Origin: Octopus sinensis
Lineage: Eukaryota
DNA length: 64,000 bases
Assembly (NCBI RefSeq): GCF_006345805.1
Contig: NC_043014.1
Span: forward strand, 42,222,001 to 42,286,000
Direction of reading: 5' to 3'
In this document: positions 48,291 to 60,922 of the stretch, piece by piece
How positions within the stretch are numbered: position 1 is the first letter of the stretch
Layout: each line of letters starts with the position of its first letter
Position numbers and translations under genes: made by a program
Notes under the pieces: model-generated
Told to the model about the DNA's origin: nothing
Databases searched by the model: none
Seen by the model: only the letters and a program-made list of their open reading frames with translations

Positions 48291-48678
48291 GGAGGCGCAA
48301 TGGCCCAGGGGTTAGGGCAGTGGACTCGCGGTCATAGGATTGTGGTTTCGATTCCCAGACCGGGCGTTGTGAGTGTTTATTAAGCAAAAACACCTAAAAG
48401 CTCCACGAGGCTCCGGCAGGGGATGGTGGTGATCCCTGCTGTACTCTTTCACCACAACTTTCACTCACTCTTACTTCCTGTTTCTGTTGTACCTGTATTT
48501 CCAAGGGGCCGGCCTTTGTCACTCTCTGTGTTCACGCTGAATATCCCCGAGAACTACGTTAAGGGTGCACGTGTCTGTGGAGTGCTCGCCACTAATACGT
48601 TAATTTCACGAGCAGGCTGTTCCGTTGATTCGGATCAACCAGAACCCTCATCGTCGTAACCGACGGAGTGCTTCCATC
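48291..48678 (+). mobile_element. Full-length SINE-C (C1 body)
   Basis: ggaggcgcaatggccc...gtaaccgacggagtgcttcca. Confidence 0.9.
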
Positions 48679-48896
48679 ATCAGATCACCTCCACTGCTGC
48701 TGTTGCTGTTGCTTTTGCAACTGTAATATGTCAGCTAATAGATTTCCCATAATCAACGATATTTTTGTATCAAAAAAACATTGTTAATGACCCGAAATCA
48801 ACTTGTCACCATTTTCACAAGTGGATATCCTCGTCACCACATTTATAGTATAATTACAGTGTATCACTTTTATATCCTACACTATAACAGTGGGAT

Positions 48897-49135
48897 ACTC
48901 TTTTACTCTTTTACTTGTTTCAGGCATTTGACTGTGGCCATGCTGGAGCACCACCTTTAGTCGAGCAAATCGACCCCAGGACTTATTCTTTGTAAGCCCA
49001 GTACTTATTCTATCGGTCTCTTTTGCCGAACTGCTAAGTTGTGGGGGACGTAAACACACCAGCATCGGTTATCAAGTGATGTTGGGGGGGGGGACAAACA
49101 CACACACAACACACACCCACACACCACACACACAC
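48897..49135 (-). mobile_element. SINE-A 3' half
   Basis: Tail through gggacaaacacac. Confidence 0.85.
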
Positions 49136-49217
49136 ACACATCACACACATACACACATACATATATATATAATATATATATATATATATTATATATATAA
49201 TATATATATATATATAT

Positions 49218-50067
49218 GGGCTTCGAATGTCCCGTCCTGTGGTTCTTGGTGTCGTCTCTGTGGTGTTTCATGTTCTTGTCCATGTCTGTAATTAATTTTA
49301 CTGTTTACCTATTAATAGGCGGCTCTACGTATCCACACTTGTCCTTATACGATAAGTATATTTTTTTCTCAAGCTTTGATACGACTTTAATGTCTCTTTT
49401 TTCTCTCTCTCTCTCTCCCTTATTCCCTTCCTTTCTCTTCCCTCTCCATCCGTCCCCCCCCCCTTCTACGTTTCTCTATCTCTCTCACCTCAGCCCCCGA
49501 TCTGTCTCTTCTTCTCCTCCCTCGTCCACCTTCTCTCCCTTTTCATCTGTCCCTTTTCCTGTCTTTTGTTCTCACGTGACAGCTAGCCGCTGTTGAGCGT
49601 TTTCGTTTTCAGCAGCCTCAGAAGCAACACGTATTGTTTGTCTCCCCGTGGCCTTTAGGCACAACTTCACAAGCCAGCCCCATACTCAAATCGTCTGTCG
49701 AAAGACCTTGTCCTACGTCCTGGTTTTGTTGTGTTTATTTTATTTTTACCGTTATGTTTTTACGTTTTTGTATTCTAATTGGTGTCACGTTATTCTGTAT
49801 TTTGTTTGTGACTTCGATCGTTTCCGTCCTTTCGTTGTATACATTCGAAGCTTTCTTCCAGGGGATCAATGCGTTGGCTTAGATTTCCCTTGGCGGGCTG
49901 GCCAATCGGAAGAGCAATCTCAAGATTAATCAGCCGAACATGCTAGATGATCTGGTTCTTGACTGATGACTGAGGGCTTCGAATGTCCCGTCCTGTGTGG
50001 TTCTTGTGGTCTCTGTGGTGTTTCATGTTCTTGTCCATGTCTGTAATTAATTTTACTGTTTACCTAT
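49218..50067 (+). mobile_element. TA-flanked non-coding element with ~95-bp direct terminal repeats (pseudo-LTR-like)
   Basis: 49218-49312 ~ 49974-50067 (gggcttcgaatgtcccgtcc...ctgtttacctat). Confidence 0.75.
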
Positions 50068-50087
50068 ATATATATAATATATATATG

Positions 50088-50317
50088 GCGGCGAGCTGGC
50101 AGAAATGTTAGCGTGCCGGGCGAAATGCTTAGCGTTATTTCGTCTGTCGTTACGTTTCTGAGTTCAAATTCCGCCGAGGTCGACTTTTGCCTTCATCCTC
50201 CTCGGGGTCGATAAATAAAGTACCAGTTTCGCACTGGGGTCGATGTAATCGACTTAATCCCTTGTCTGTCCTTGTTTGTCTCTCTATGTTAGCCCCTTGT
50301 GGGTAGTAAAGAAATAA
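50088..50317 (+). mobile_element. SINE-B1 monomer
   Basis: ggcggcgagctggcagaaatgttagc...gtagtaaagaaataa. Confidence 0.85.
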
Positions 50318-50323
50318 ATATAC

Positions 50324-50381
<58 letters not shown>

Positions 50382-50405
50382 ATATTTATATATATATAAT
50401 ATAAA

Positions 50406-50552
50406 TACGACGGGTGTCTTTCTTTTCTGTCTACAAATCCACTCACAAGGCTTTGGTCGGCCCGAGGCTATAGTGGGAAACACTTGCCAAGCTGCCATGT
50501 AGGTGGGACTGAACATGGAACCATGTGGTTGGTAAGCAAGCTACTTGCCACA
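50406..50552 (-). mobile_element. SINE-A 5' half
   Basis: tacgacgggtg...caagctacttgccacac. Confidence 0.7.
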
Positions 50553-50889
50553 CACCCCCTTCTTATTATACAATGCTACAAAACAGGGAAGACACAAACT
50601 GTCCCTACTTGATGTATTCCCCAAGTACTCTGGTCAACAAACATAACAACTCCAAAACAAACTCTCAACGAACTATGACAACTTCTCAGCAATTTCTTTT
50701 GACTCCTCAAACTCTCAAATGACATCGTTTGACTTCTTGTGATTTTCTCATTCTCCCACTCAGGCAAGCAATGTGCTACTTATACAAGTTCAGCTAGTCT
50801 ATTCTCACAGGCAGTGTCAATGACCCTCGCCATAACATTTTGAATATCATTTTAGCTAGTTGAAAGTGATTTCTTTCATGCCGTAAACC

Positions 50890-51119
50890 TATTTCTTTAC
50901 TACCCACAAGGGGCTAAACACAGAGAGGACAAACAAGGACAGACATAGGTATTAAGTCGATTACATCGACCCCAGTGCGTAACTGGTACTTAATTTATCG
51001 ACCCTGAAAGGATGAAAGGCAGAGTCGACCTCGGCGGAATTCGAACTCACAACGTAACGCAGACGAAATACCGCTAAGCATTTCGCCCAGCGTGCTAACG
51101 TTTCTGCCAGCTCGTCGCC
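50890..51119 (-). mobile_element. SINE-B1 monomer with 16-bp TSD
   Basis: tttcatgccgt(a/t)aacc at 50874-50889 and 51120-51135. Confidence 0.9.
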
Positions 51120-51164
51120 TTTCATGCCGTTAACCATTTACCATTTCTATTGAAATCAAATTCG

Positions 51165-51770
51165 ATGACTGGCATCCGTACTAGTGGACCGCTAAGAGCA
51201 CCATATGAGCGTGATCGTTGCCAGAGCAACAAGCTGGCCTCCGTGCTGATGGCACGTAAAAAGCACCATTCGAGCGTGATTGTTACCTGCATCGCCTTAC
51301 TGGCACTTGTGCTGGTGGAACATAAAAAAACATTCGAGCGAGGTCATTGCCAGTGCCGCTGGGCTGGCTCCTGTGCAGGTGGCACATAAAAAGTACCATT
51401 TGAGTGTGATCATTACCTGCATCGTCTTACTGTCACTTGTGCTGGTGGCACATAAAAAAAACATTCGAGCAAGGTCGTTGCCAGTGCCACTGGACTGGCT
51501 CCTGTGCAGGTGGCACATAAAAAGCACCATTTTAGTGTAGCCGTTGCCGGTACCGCCTGACTGGCCCCCGTTCCGGTGGCACATAAAAGCACCCACTACA
51601 CTCTCGGAGTGGTTGGCATTAGGAAGGACATCAAGCTGTAGAAACTCTGCCAGATCAGATTGGAGTCTGGTGCAGCCATCTGGTTTGCCAGACCTCAGTC
51701 AAATCGTCCAACCCATGGTAGCATGGAAAGCAGACATTAAACAATGATGATGATGATGATGATGATGATG
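51165..51770 (+). mobile_element. RTE LINE 3' UTR fragment (~6 repeat units)
   Basis: ggcac(g/a)taaaaa units plus terminus plus (GAT)n. Confidence 0.85.
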
Positions 51771-51934
51771 TGATTCCCCTTCCATCCTTTGATGTCCTTA
51801 GCATATTCTTATTTGGTTTAGTGGTTAAACCAGCACTGAATCTTTTCAATAATCTCAGCTGAGAAAATTACTGTTTTCTATGATATATTCATAGAAATCG
51901 AAATCGAAATTGAACCAATCCTATGACTGGCACC

Positions 51935-52354
51935 CGGCAGATGCCTGGACCCCTGGACTGGAGATACGTAAAAAGCCCTATCTGAATTGTGGCTGATGCC
52001 AGCGCCGCCTCGACTGGCTTCCGTGTCGGTGGTACGTAAAAAGCACCATCCGAATCGTGGCCGAAGCCAGTGCCGCCTCGACTGGCTTCCGTGCCGGTGG
52101 CACGTAAAATGCACCAATCCGACTGTGGCCGATGCCAGCCTCACCTGGCACCAGTGCAGGTGGCACGTAAAAAGCACCCACTACACTCACGGAGTGGTTG
52201 GCGTTAGGAAGGGCATCCAGCTGTAGAAACATTGCCAGATAAGACCGGAGCCTGGTGCAGCCTTCTGGCTTCCCAGATCCCTGGTCGAACCGTCCAACCC
52301 ATGCTAGCATGGAGAACGGACGTTAAACGATGATGATGATGATGATGATGATGA
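51935..52354 (+). mobile_element. RTE LINE 3' UTR fragment (~3 repeat units)
   Basis: Same repeat units, terminus and tail. Confidence 0.85.
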
Positions 52355-52614
52355 TTCAACACACATTTTTCTTTCCCCTTAAAACATGTCCCAAGTCTTT
52401 TATGCAATGTTGAGTCTATGCTACATGTTTTAATACATTAAAAAACCTTTTCTTTCCCTGAATATGTGCAGTTGAAACTGGGATGCATCTAATATGTCCA
52501 TGCACCTTTTATACCACCAAATGCAATATTACTGTGTTCAACTGAAATAAGTCAGTGTAAAAAAAAGTGTTTGTATCTTAACTTCAGTGTGTAAAGGGAT
52601 CTTTTTACAGACAT

Positions 52615-52893
52615 AGGACACACACACTCCTACACAGACACACAGACACACACACTCCTACACAGACACACAGACACACACACATCTACACACACACACC
52701 TACACACACACACCTACACACACACCTGTACACACACCTACACACACACCTATACACACACACTTACACACAGATGCACACACACCTATACAGACATACA
52801 CCTACAAATACACCAACACACACACCTGTACACACACACCTACACACAGATGCACACACACCAACACATAGACGCACACACACCTACACACAC
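52615..52893. repeat. CA-rich minisatellite (cacacacctaca)
   Basis: Direct reading. Confidence 0.85.
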
Positions 52894-52896
52894 TAA

Positions 52897-53450
52897 ATCT
52901 GTTCACAAGGCTTTGGTCTGCTCGAGGCTATAGTAGAAGACACTCGACCAAGGTGCCATGCAGTGGGACTGAACCCAGAACCATGTAATTCAGAAGCAAG
53001 CTTCTTACTACACAATCATGCCTGCGCTTATATACTCTTTTACTTTTTACTCTTTTACTTGTTTCAGTCATTTGACTGCGGCCATGCTGGAGCACCGCCT
53101 TTAATCGAGCAACTCGACCCCGGGACTTATTCTTTTGTAAGCCCAGTACTTATTCTATCGGTCTCTTTTGCCGAACCGCTAAGTAACGGGGACGTAAACA
53201 CACCAGCATCGGTTGTCAAGCAATACTAGGGGGACAAACACAGACACACAAACATACACGCACACACACATATATATATATACATATATACGACGGGCTT
53301 CTTTCAGTTTCCGTCTGCCAAATCCACTCACAAGGCATTGATCGGCCTGAGGCTATAGCAGAAGACACTTGCCCAAGGTGCCACGCAGTGGGACTGAACC
53401 CGGAACCATGTGGTTGGTTAGCAAGCTACTTACCACACAGCCACTCCTGC
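52897..53450 (-). mobile_element. SINE-A 5' half followed by a full-length SINE-A
   Basis: Diverged head at 52897-53027; complete copy at 53032-53450. Confidence 0.85.
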
Positions 53451-53784
53451 AGACATATCTTAAAGAATGTAGTCATGTAAACCCAGAACAATACAAGAAG
53501 GTACAAAGTAAACTATAAAAGGAAAAGAAAACAGAACAAAGCTGCAGATTTACTTTGCATTTCTATATTTTGGGGTGAAAACCCCGTTATCAGGACATTC
53601 GGAAAAGTATTGGTTGGAAAAAGTTTCTTGCTCAGATATTGGGGTGGAGGGGGAGGGACAGGAGAGGAAGAAGGAAGAAGGAGGAAAGTGACATGTACGG
53701 ACTGCTGTTGCTATAGCGACCAGTCTGCTTCATGTAGTTCCTTTCTGTTGTTAATGGCTGGTTTCAATTTGTTTATGAGGTGCG

Positions 53785-53978
53785 GGTGGCACGTAAAAAG
53801 CATCCACTACACTCACGGAGTGGTTGGCGTTAGGAAGGGCATCCAGCTGTAGAAACATTGCCAGATAAGACTGGAGCCTGGTGCAGCCTTCTGGCTTCCC
53901 AGACCCCAGTTGAACCGTCCAACCCATGCTAGCATGGAAAACGGACGTTAAACGATGATGATGATGATGATGATGATG
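53785..53978 (+). mobile_element. RTE LINE 3' end
   Basis: Terminus plus (GAT)n. Confidence 0.85.
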
Positions 53979-54196
53979 AAGGCTTCCATAATTCTGAGAT
54001 TGCCCCTGTTGTGTGAGGTTGCCTTGATGGAGACTTTGAAATTCCGTTCTAATCTACGAAATCCACTCATGAGGCCTTGGTCAGCCTGAGGTGCCGAACA
54101 GTGGGATTGAACACAAGACCACATAGTTGGGAAGTAATTCCTCTTCGCAACATAGCTATACTTCTTCACCATGTGCTTATGCTCACAACATTTTAA

Positions 54197-54503
54197 CCCC
54201 TTGCCCAGCAGAAACGAATATATGCGTTTTGACCGAAATCGTTTTTTTCTATCTCTGGCGAGTTAACTCGTCAAAAGATAGACTCGCCAAAATTGACAGC
54301 AACGAGTTCCTTTGTCTAAAAACGGGTTAACTCGTTTCTGCCCAAAGCGGTAATTTAAAATCAATATTATTGAATTAAAATTCATAATAAATAAGGTTTG
54401 AAATATACCTCGAAATCACCATTCAAAACATAGTAAAATAAAACAATTAAAAAATATGTCTGAAAAAATACATTTATTTTCAAAATAATTGTTGGGTAAG
54501 CGG
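54197..54503. mobile_element. piggyBac-type MITE (307 bp)
   Basis: TTAA|ccccttgcccagca ... tgttgggtaagcgg|TTAA (imperfect TIRs). Confidence 0.75.
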
Positions 54504-55089
54504 TTAAAAAGAGGTAATGTGTCCTAGCCACAAAACAAATAATATTCCTGAAGCATCATCTCCAACTATGGCATGATTTGAGTCAGATACCATCAAACCA
54601 CACTTTGTAGCCGATACTGTTTAACCATCTTATCTCCTTGCTCATTAAGAACTGCATCATGCTGCATTCTTCCTCCTTTTTAAAATAGTAGGGTGTACAC
54701 CAAAGGAAATCAGACTGTTATTTCTAGCCTACTATGCAAGCACATAGAAACTCTCTCGTTGGTTTGATCTAAACCATTGTTTCATTCTCTTAGGGTAGAC
54801 ACAATATTCTGCTTGCCACAGGCTATTAAGTTCTATTTAGTTGAGTAGTTAAAGGTAAATATGATTTTTTTTTCAATGCTATGTGTTTTGTATTTGTGTA
54901 TATATGTGTATATATATATATATACATATATATTATATAAATATCTAATGTAATATTCTTCGTCTCAAATTACTCTTGAGCACTTCTAAGTCCAAACCTC
55001 TATTTTGTTAGTGAATTTCTAATCAATCTTCTTTTTCTCAAACAATTATTATAAATAAACATAAATATATAACATATAATATAAATATA

Positions 55090-55090
55090 C

Positions 55091-55139
<49 letters not shown>

Positions 55140-55149
55140 GATATATATG

Positions 55150-55243
<94 letters not shown>

Positions 55244-55303
55244 TTATATATATATTATATATGTATGTATATATATATGCATATATATATATATATATAT
55301 GCA

Positions 55304-55334
<31 letters not shown>

Positions 55335-55365
55335 TATATATATACATATATATCTACACACACAC

Positions 55366-55403
<38 letters not shown>

Positions 55404-55420
55404 CTATATATATGCATATA
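55090..55420. repeat. Long interrupted (TA)n
   Basis: Direct reading. Confidence 0.95.
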
Positions 55421-55802
55421 TCTACATATACGCACACAAACACATACATATCTGTCTATATACATATATATAATAAGTATAAATTGCATATGTGTATATA
55501 TGTGTGTGTACATATAACTATATTTATGCATAAAGAATATATACATATACATTCAACTTAATGTAAATATTGTAGATGTCATATATATTTATATACACAC
55601 ACACCTATATATAATATATGTATGTATATATATATATATAATATATGTGTGTGTGTGTGTGTGTGTGTATACACGCACACATATACAAATATTGTTCTGT
55701 TGATAGCATACAAATTTTAAACTGTACATTTTTACCAATAAAAATAATTTTTGCTGACACAGACCATGACTAATTTCCCAAGAGACTGTTTTGATTTACC
55801 TG

Positions 55803-55833
<31 letters not shown>

Positions 55834-56203
55834 TTATACTGTGTATTTGTGAGTGCATACGGGTGTGTGTGTGTGTGTGTGCAAGCGTGAGCATGTATGT
55901 GTGTGTCTGCATGTGTAGCAGAGGTGTTGTTATGATGTCAGTTTCAGAGTTTGTATTTGGTTTTGGCAAGCGACTTCATCTGAAATTGAGTGTAGAAACA
56001 CAACTGTTACATAATGGAAGACTTCCTTTAACCATTTAAGAACACACAAAAACTGTTCCATTCACATCTCTGTATATTTCGCTGCTGGTGAAATCTTCAT
56101 TGCACTTCTCCAAGCAGGTCACTTACAAAGGTCTACTGCATCTGTTAAAAATCATGTACCGGAAAGTTTTTTTATAACCCTCAGGAGGTTTTCTTTCATC
56201 TTG

Positions 56204-56360
56204 CAGGAGTGGCTGTGTGGTAAGTAGCTTGCTTATCAACTACATGGTTCCGGGTTCAGTCCTACTGCATGTCTGGGCAAGTGTCTTATACTATAGCCTT
56301 GGGCTGACCAAAGCCTTGTGAGTAGATTTGGTAGATGGAAACTGAAAGAAGTCCGTTGTG
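56204..56360 (+). mobile_element. SINE-A 5' half
   Basis: gcaggagtggctgtgtggtaag...gaagtccgttg. Confidence 0.8.
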
Positions 56361-56393
56361 TATATATATATACATACATACATAATTATATAC

Positions 56394-56705
56394 AGTGGTT
56401 AGAGCAGCGGACTCGCGGTTGTAGGATCGCGGTTTCGATTCCCAGACCGAACGTTGTGAGTGTTTATTGAGCGAAAAAAACCTAAAGCTCCACGAGGCTC
56501 CACGGGGGCTGGGGGGGGGGGGGGGGGGGTTGCAATCCCTGCCGTACTCTTTCGCCACAACTTTCTCCCACTCTTTCTTCTGTTGGCCTGCTCACTTAGC
56601 CAGTGGGGTGGCATCATTTGAAGGCTAAAACATGCGAAGCGCATTGTGACCAGCGATGTGTAGCAACATCTGATAGCCTGGTCGGTCACGGTGATCACGG
56701 TGATA
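56394..56705 (+). mobile_element. SINE-C, C2 body subtype
   Basis: Matches 29022-29337. Confidence 0.85.
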
Positions 56706-56724
56706 TATATATGTATGTATATAT

Positions 56725-56786
<62 letters not shown>

Positions 56787-56943
56787 ATACACACACAGAC
56801 ATGCAGGATGTAAATAGACAACTTTAATTTTCAAAATTTCTGATCTAAGCATCTTAATATGTTTTCAGCAGTGTAGAATTTACAATGTAATTATTCTTTT
56901 TCATTCCAGGTGCCATTATATTAAACATTTGTGAAGAGTAACC

Positions 56944-57870
56944 ATGCTACACACAAAAGCTTCAGCACAACTGTCAGATTTTCAAAGAAGTTGTATTGTT
57001 GGGCAATCTGAGGTTGGTTTTAGCCAGCGAAAAATTGCCAAAAATTATCAAATTCTTCTTGCTACTGTTAATAGAATTATAGTTCAATTCAAAAACCAAG
57101 GAAAAGAATCAACAGATTCTCATCCTAGCCAACCTAGGCCCTTGGAAAGGAAGCTTTGCTGTTTGGAGAGAATTGTGGAAAAACGAACTCCATTCAAAGG
57201 TTTCTGACATTGCAAAACAGCTTGAAGTTAGTCCAAGACCGTGTGTTACATATCTGCATAAGCGTGGGTACTATTGATGAGTAGCTAGAAGAAAACCTCT
57301 CTTTCAATCAATTAATATCATGAAAAGAAAGAAATGGGCTAAGGAGATGTCAGAAAAATCCAGTTCATTTTGGGATAGAGTGATTTTCTCAGATGAATCC
57401 AGATTTGCATTATTTTCAGACAGTAGACATGTTTGGGTCTGGAGGCTTCCCAATCAAGAATTTGATTTGAAACGACTCCAACCAACTGTGAAACATGGCG
57501 GTATCACTATAATGATATGGAGAGCTGTCACCAGCAATGGTCGTTCTGAGCTGATTGAATGTGTTGCAACCATAAACTCTGAAAAATACATCGAAATACT
57601 TAAGCGAGGATTACTTCCAATGTATTCACACGATAACATAATAAAAAATGAGTTTTTATTCATGGAAGATGGGGCTCCATACTACACAGCAAAAAGGAAT
57701 CAGCAATGGCTGACTGAAAATGGGATCAAAAGGCTTCCTTGGCCGAGCCAATCTCCTGACATGAACCCAAGCGAAAATCTTTGGAGCATCCTAGATAGAG
57801 CTATATGAAAAACTTGACAGAAACCTAAATCTAAAGATGAATTGCTTTGATTGCTGCATGGAAAGTGGGC
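56944..57870 (+). pseudogene. Tc1-family (DD34E) transposase, degenerate
   Basis: LSDFQRSCIVG HTH region; VIFSDESRF; TVKHGG; MEDGAP-x-WPSQSPDMNPSENLW with 34 residues between D and E; stops and frameshifts. Confidence 0.9.
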
Positions 57871-57884
57871 ACTTTCCCATTAAG

Positions 57885-58640
57885 AAAATGCAGCAAGCAT
57901 TTACATATATGTCGAAAAATGTCATTTTATGTTTGAGAATACGAATCCAAATGTTCAATGCTTTTCCAAGATTATAGGGGATTGTCATGAAGCTTTTGCT
58001 CCTTATAATGTAATTCTTGAAGAAAAGAAGACAGTTCAAGGATCTCTTAAATGGTTTTTTAAATACATCAAACAACAAGAACAGCCAGAGTCAACTGTTG
58101 ATATTAACAATTCACAGCCATCTACATCCACGATGTAAACCACCAAATTGCATGTACGTATTGGTAAATTTAAAATAATTTAGTTTTTTTTTCACTATTG
58201 CAAAATAATAATAATTACTGAATTTGTTTTTTAAGCTTAAAAAAGGCTTTTATTTTACCATGTCTTACTGCAAAGTGCATTCATAAATAAAGTGTCCGTT
58301 ATGTACGGTAAACACTGCCAAATTGTATTTGTAAATTTAGATTACTTTTTTTTTACTGTTCTGTATTAAGAAATTAAAATTATTTGTTTGTAAGCTTAAG
58401 ATAGATTTTTATTAACCATGTATTATTGAAAATGCATTCATAAATAAAGTACAGACCTGGGAATGGTTATTATCGGTTTAGCCTAGAGACAAGTAAATTC
58501 AGCCTAGCCTTACCTAGAGACAAGTAAATTTGGCCTGGCCTAGCCTAAAGACAAGTTAATACAAGGTAATTTAACTTAAGTTGTTTTTCAACTTAAGTCA
58601 TGTCTCCTGGAACCAATGAACGACGTAGGGTGAGGTACGT
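57885..58640 (+). mobile_element. Tigger/pogo transposon right end
   Basis: FENTNPNVQCFSKIIGDCHEAFAPYNVILEEKKTVQGSLKWFFK...QPSTS matches the Tigger transposase C-terminus pattern; subterminal repeats tagcctagagacaagtaaatt x3; end cctggaacc...cgacgtagggtgagg. Confidence 0.7.
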
Positions 58641-58828
58641 AGGGAGAGTTTACGAAAAAAACAAAAGACGAGGACAGGTGGTGTACAAAACAAACGGATG
58701 TATAAGTATAACGCTCAGGAATAGAAAAAGTCTTTTACATTTCGAGCCTATGCTCTTCTACAGAAAGGGACACAGAAAAAACAACAAAAAAAAAACAAGG
58801 AGAGAAAAAATGCATGTAGTGGCTAACA
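58640..58828 (-). mobile_element. TA-flanked hammerhead-motif element, third copy
   Basis: Motif at 58732-58767: CUUU-CUGUAGA-A-GAGC(AUAG)GCUC-GAAAU-GUA|AAAG. Confidence 0.7.
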
Positions 58829-58863
58829 GTATATATATATATGTAAAATTTTCAGAATGGGTT

Positions 58864-58987
58864 AAAAATCCAAAGCAGTGAAAGATTTTAGAACATTTAT
58901 AAATAGAAGGTCTTACAGCCATTTCTGGGAAACGGTTGTAAGACCTATTTATAAATGTTCTAAAATCTTTCACTGCTTTTGATTTTT
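58864..58987. repeat. Near-perfect hairpin (~55-bp arms, 13-nt loop)
   Basis: aaaaatccaaagcagtgaaagattttagaacatttataaatag-aaggtcttacagcc pairs with ggttgtaagacctatttataaatgttctaaaatctttcactgcttttgattttt. Confidence 0.95.
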
Positions 58988-59049
58988 ATCACAAGCCATG
59001 TGTTGAGAGGAATTCTTTGGGGTTTGAATAATTCACTTTTGGCAACATT

Positions 59050-59334
59050 AGTGTTTCATTCAACATCCTTAAACAATCCTTATTCAGGGACCTTTTGAGC
59101 AGGATGGGCTACTCGACCAGAAGAAAATTCTAACTGGGCGCTACTTGCAAGGTCATGTGTTGTTTATCTTGATATGAGATCACCATGTCGTGCACATATG
59201 GTTGTGATGCATGTGTCTGGTGCACCCTTATCAGACAGGTAGCCATGATGGGTATACTGGGCTTCGTATATTTTACCCCAGTGTTAATTTGATGGCATGC
59301 GCTGCTCTCTCACTCAATAATAATAATAATAATA

Positions 59335-59369
<35 letters not shown>

Positions 59370-59375
59370 GTAATA

Positions 59376-59440
<65 letters not shown>
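59050..59440 (+). mobile_element. Retroposon family F with long (AAT)n tail
   Basis: 3' part matches 2935-3048(-); (AAT)n at 59317-59440. Confidence 0.65.
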
Positions 59441-59562
59441 GCTTTGGCCATGAACTGGAGAGTCAACCCAGTAGAACTGTTAGAAAAGGTTTGCCTCCTT
59501 GGCATGGCCAGAATAATCAGGAAATTATTAGATAGCTTAAAAGAATGGATATCATGGAACTG

Positions 59563-59596
<34 letters not shown>

Positions 59597-60314
59597 ATAT
59601 ATTTGTTTGAAAAATACGAAAAAAACTTTGATTTTTTTTAACTGAAGAGGTAGATATGTTTTTTTGCAAATTTATATATTTGAAAGTAAAAATGCAAAAA
59701 ATATGTTTCCACGCAACAAGCATTTATGTTTAATAATTTTACTGCCAAAAATAAGAATGTACTAACCAGAATCATGGACATTCCATGCAGTTGGCAACCT
59801 CTACAACATTCTTATTATAATTTATGCTCGAAAAATAGTTTCTGCTGCTCCAAAATAGAATGCAATGGAAACATTATTTCGATATATTCTGGTATTTATT
59901 ACTGTAAGATAAATTCTTGTGGTGGTTTTTTGGGGTGTTTTTTTTTTTTTTTTGGTGAAAAATTATTCATGATGAAGCTTCACCATAGTTAGATCAATTT
60001 CTGTTCAAACATCATCCCTGTCATAAACAGCTGTTTATAATTGGAGTGGATCAAATGAAAAGCAATAATTTAATATTAATATTAATATATACGATTTTCT
60101 TATACAAACAAGTAATACATACATTCACTTAAACACACTCCTTATATAATTGTACAGTAAATATGAATTTATGGGTGCAGATATCCTAAATTAAGTATAT
60201 GATACAGATGCAGTACAGAAACATATAGTAGGGATACACTAAAATTGGAAATTGTGATATATCATGATAATCCATTATAGTGCTGCACCATGTAAAAAGG
60301 ACCCATGCCGGTGA

Positions 60315-60922
60315 GCTATGGTAAGACCTCACCTGGAATTTGCATCACCAGTCTGGAACCCCTATCTTGCCCAGGATATCAATCGTCTGGAAGCCGTTCA
60401 GCTACATGCAACCAAAAGAATACCCTCCATCAGGCATTTGCCATATTCTGAACGCCTTACTTCCCTGGGCATGGACACATTGAAACTCCGACGTCTGGCA
60501 GCTGACTAGGCAGACACCCATAAAATTATTAACCATCTTACAAACAATAACTCTGAGCACTTTTTCGAACTCCACCCGTCTAACACCCGTGGACATATTT
60601 ACAAAGTCAAAAAACAGCACAGCTCCCATGACTTTAGGAAAGATTTTTTCACGTTGAGAGTTGCTGAAGCATGGAACAAACTGCCGGCATAAGTTGTTAG
60701 TTGTCAGAGCACTGCATCCTTCAAAACTTCCATGCTTTCTGAGATTCGCCAACACTACACCTGATTTTCTCCCCTCCATACACACACAAGCATGTATCTG
60801 ACTCATACATTGTTCGCTTTCCAGACATTTGTACATTACTGCATATACTTTATACGCACTTTTTGACAAGTTGTGGTGCACCTGAGCACTGTATACAATA
60901 ATTTCATTATTATTATTATTAT
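60315..60922 (+). pseudogene. CR1-like LINE 3' fragment
   Basis: VRPHLEFASPVWNPY...LEAVQ...LRRLAAD; TRGH; FFTLRVAEAWNKLP; (ATT)n tail. Confidence 0.9.

Noticed and set aside
48291-48365. tRNA genes (tRNA-Arg/Lys-like heads at many SINE starts)
   Set aside because: They have A/B boxes but no complete acceptor stem or cloverleaf, and they run into SINE bodies
49950-49992. Hammerhead at ttgaCTGATGActgagggcttcGAATGTC
   Set aside because: There is no convincing stem I or II, and GAAU replaces GAAA; not supportable without a family consensus
56800-56900. Left TIR of the Tc1 element
   Set aside because: No matching right TIR was found; the right side is replaced by Tigger sequence
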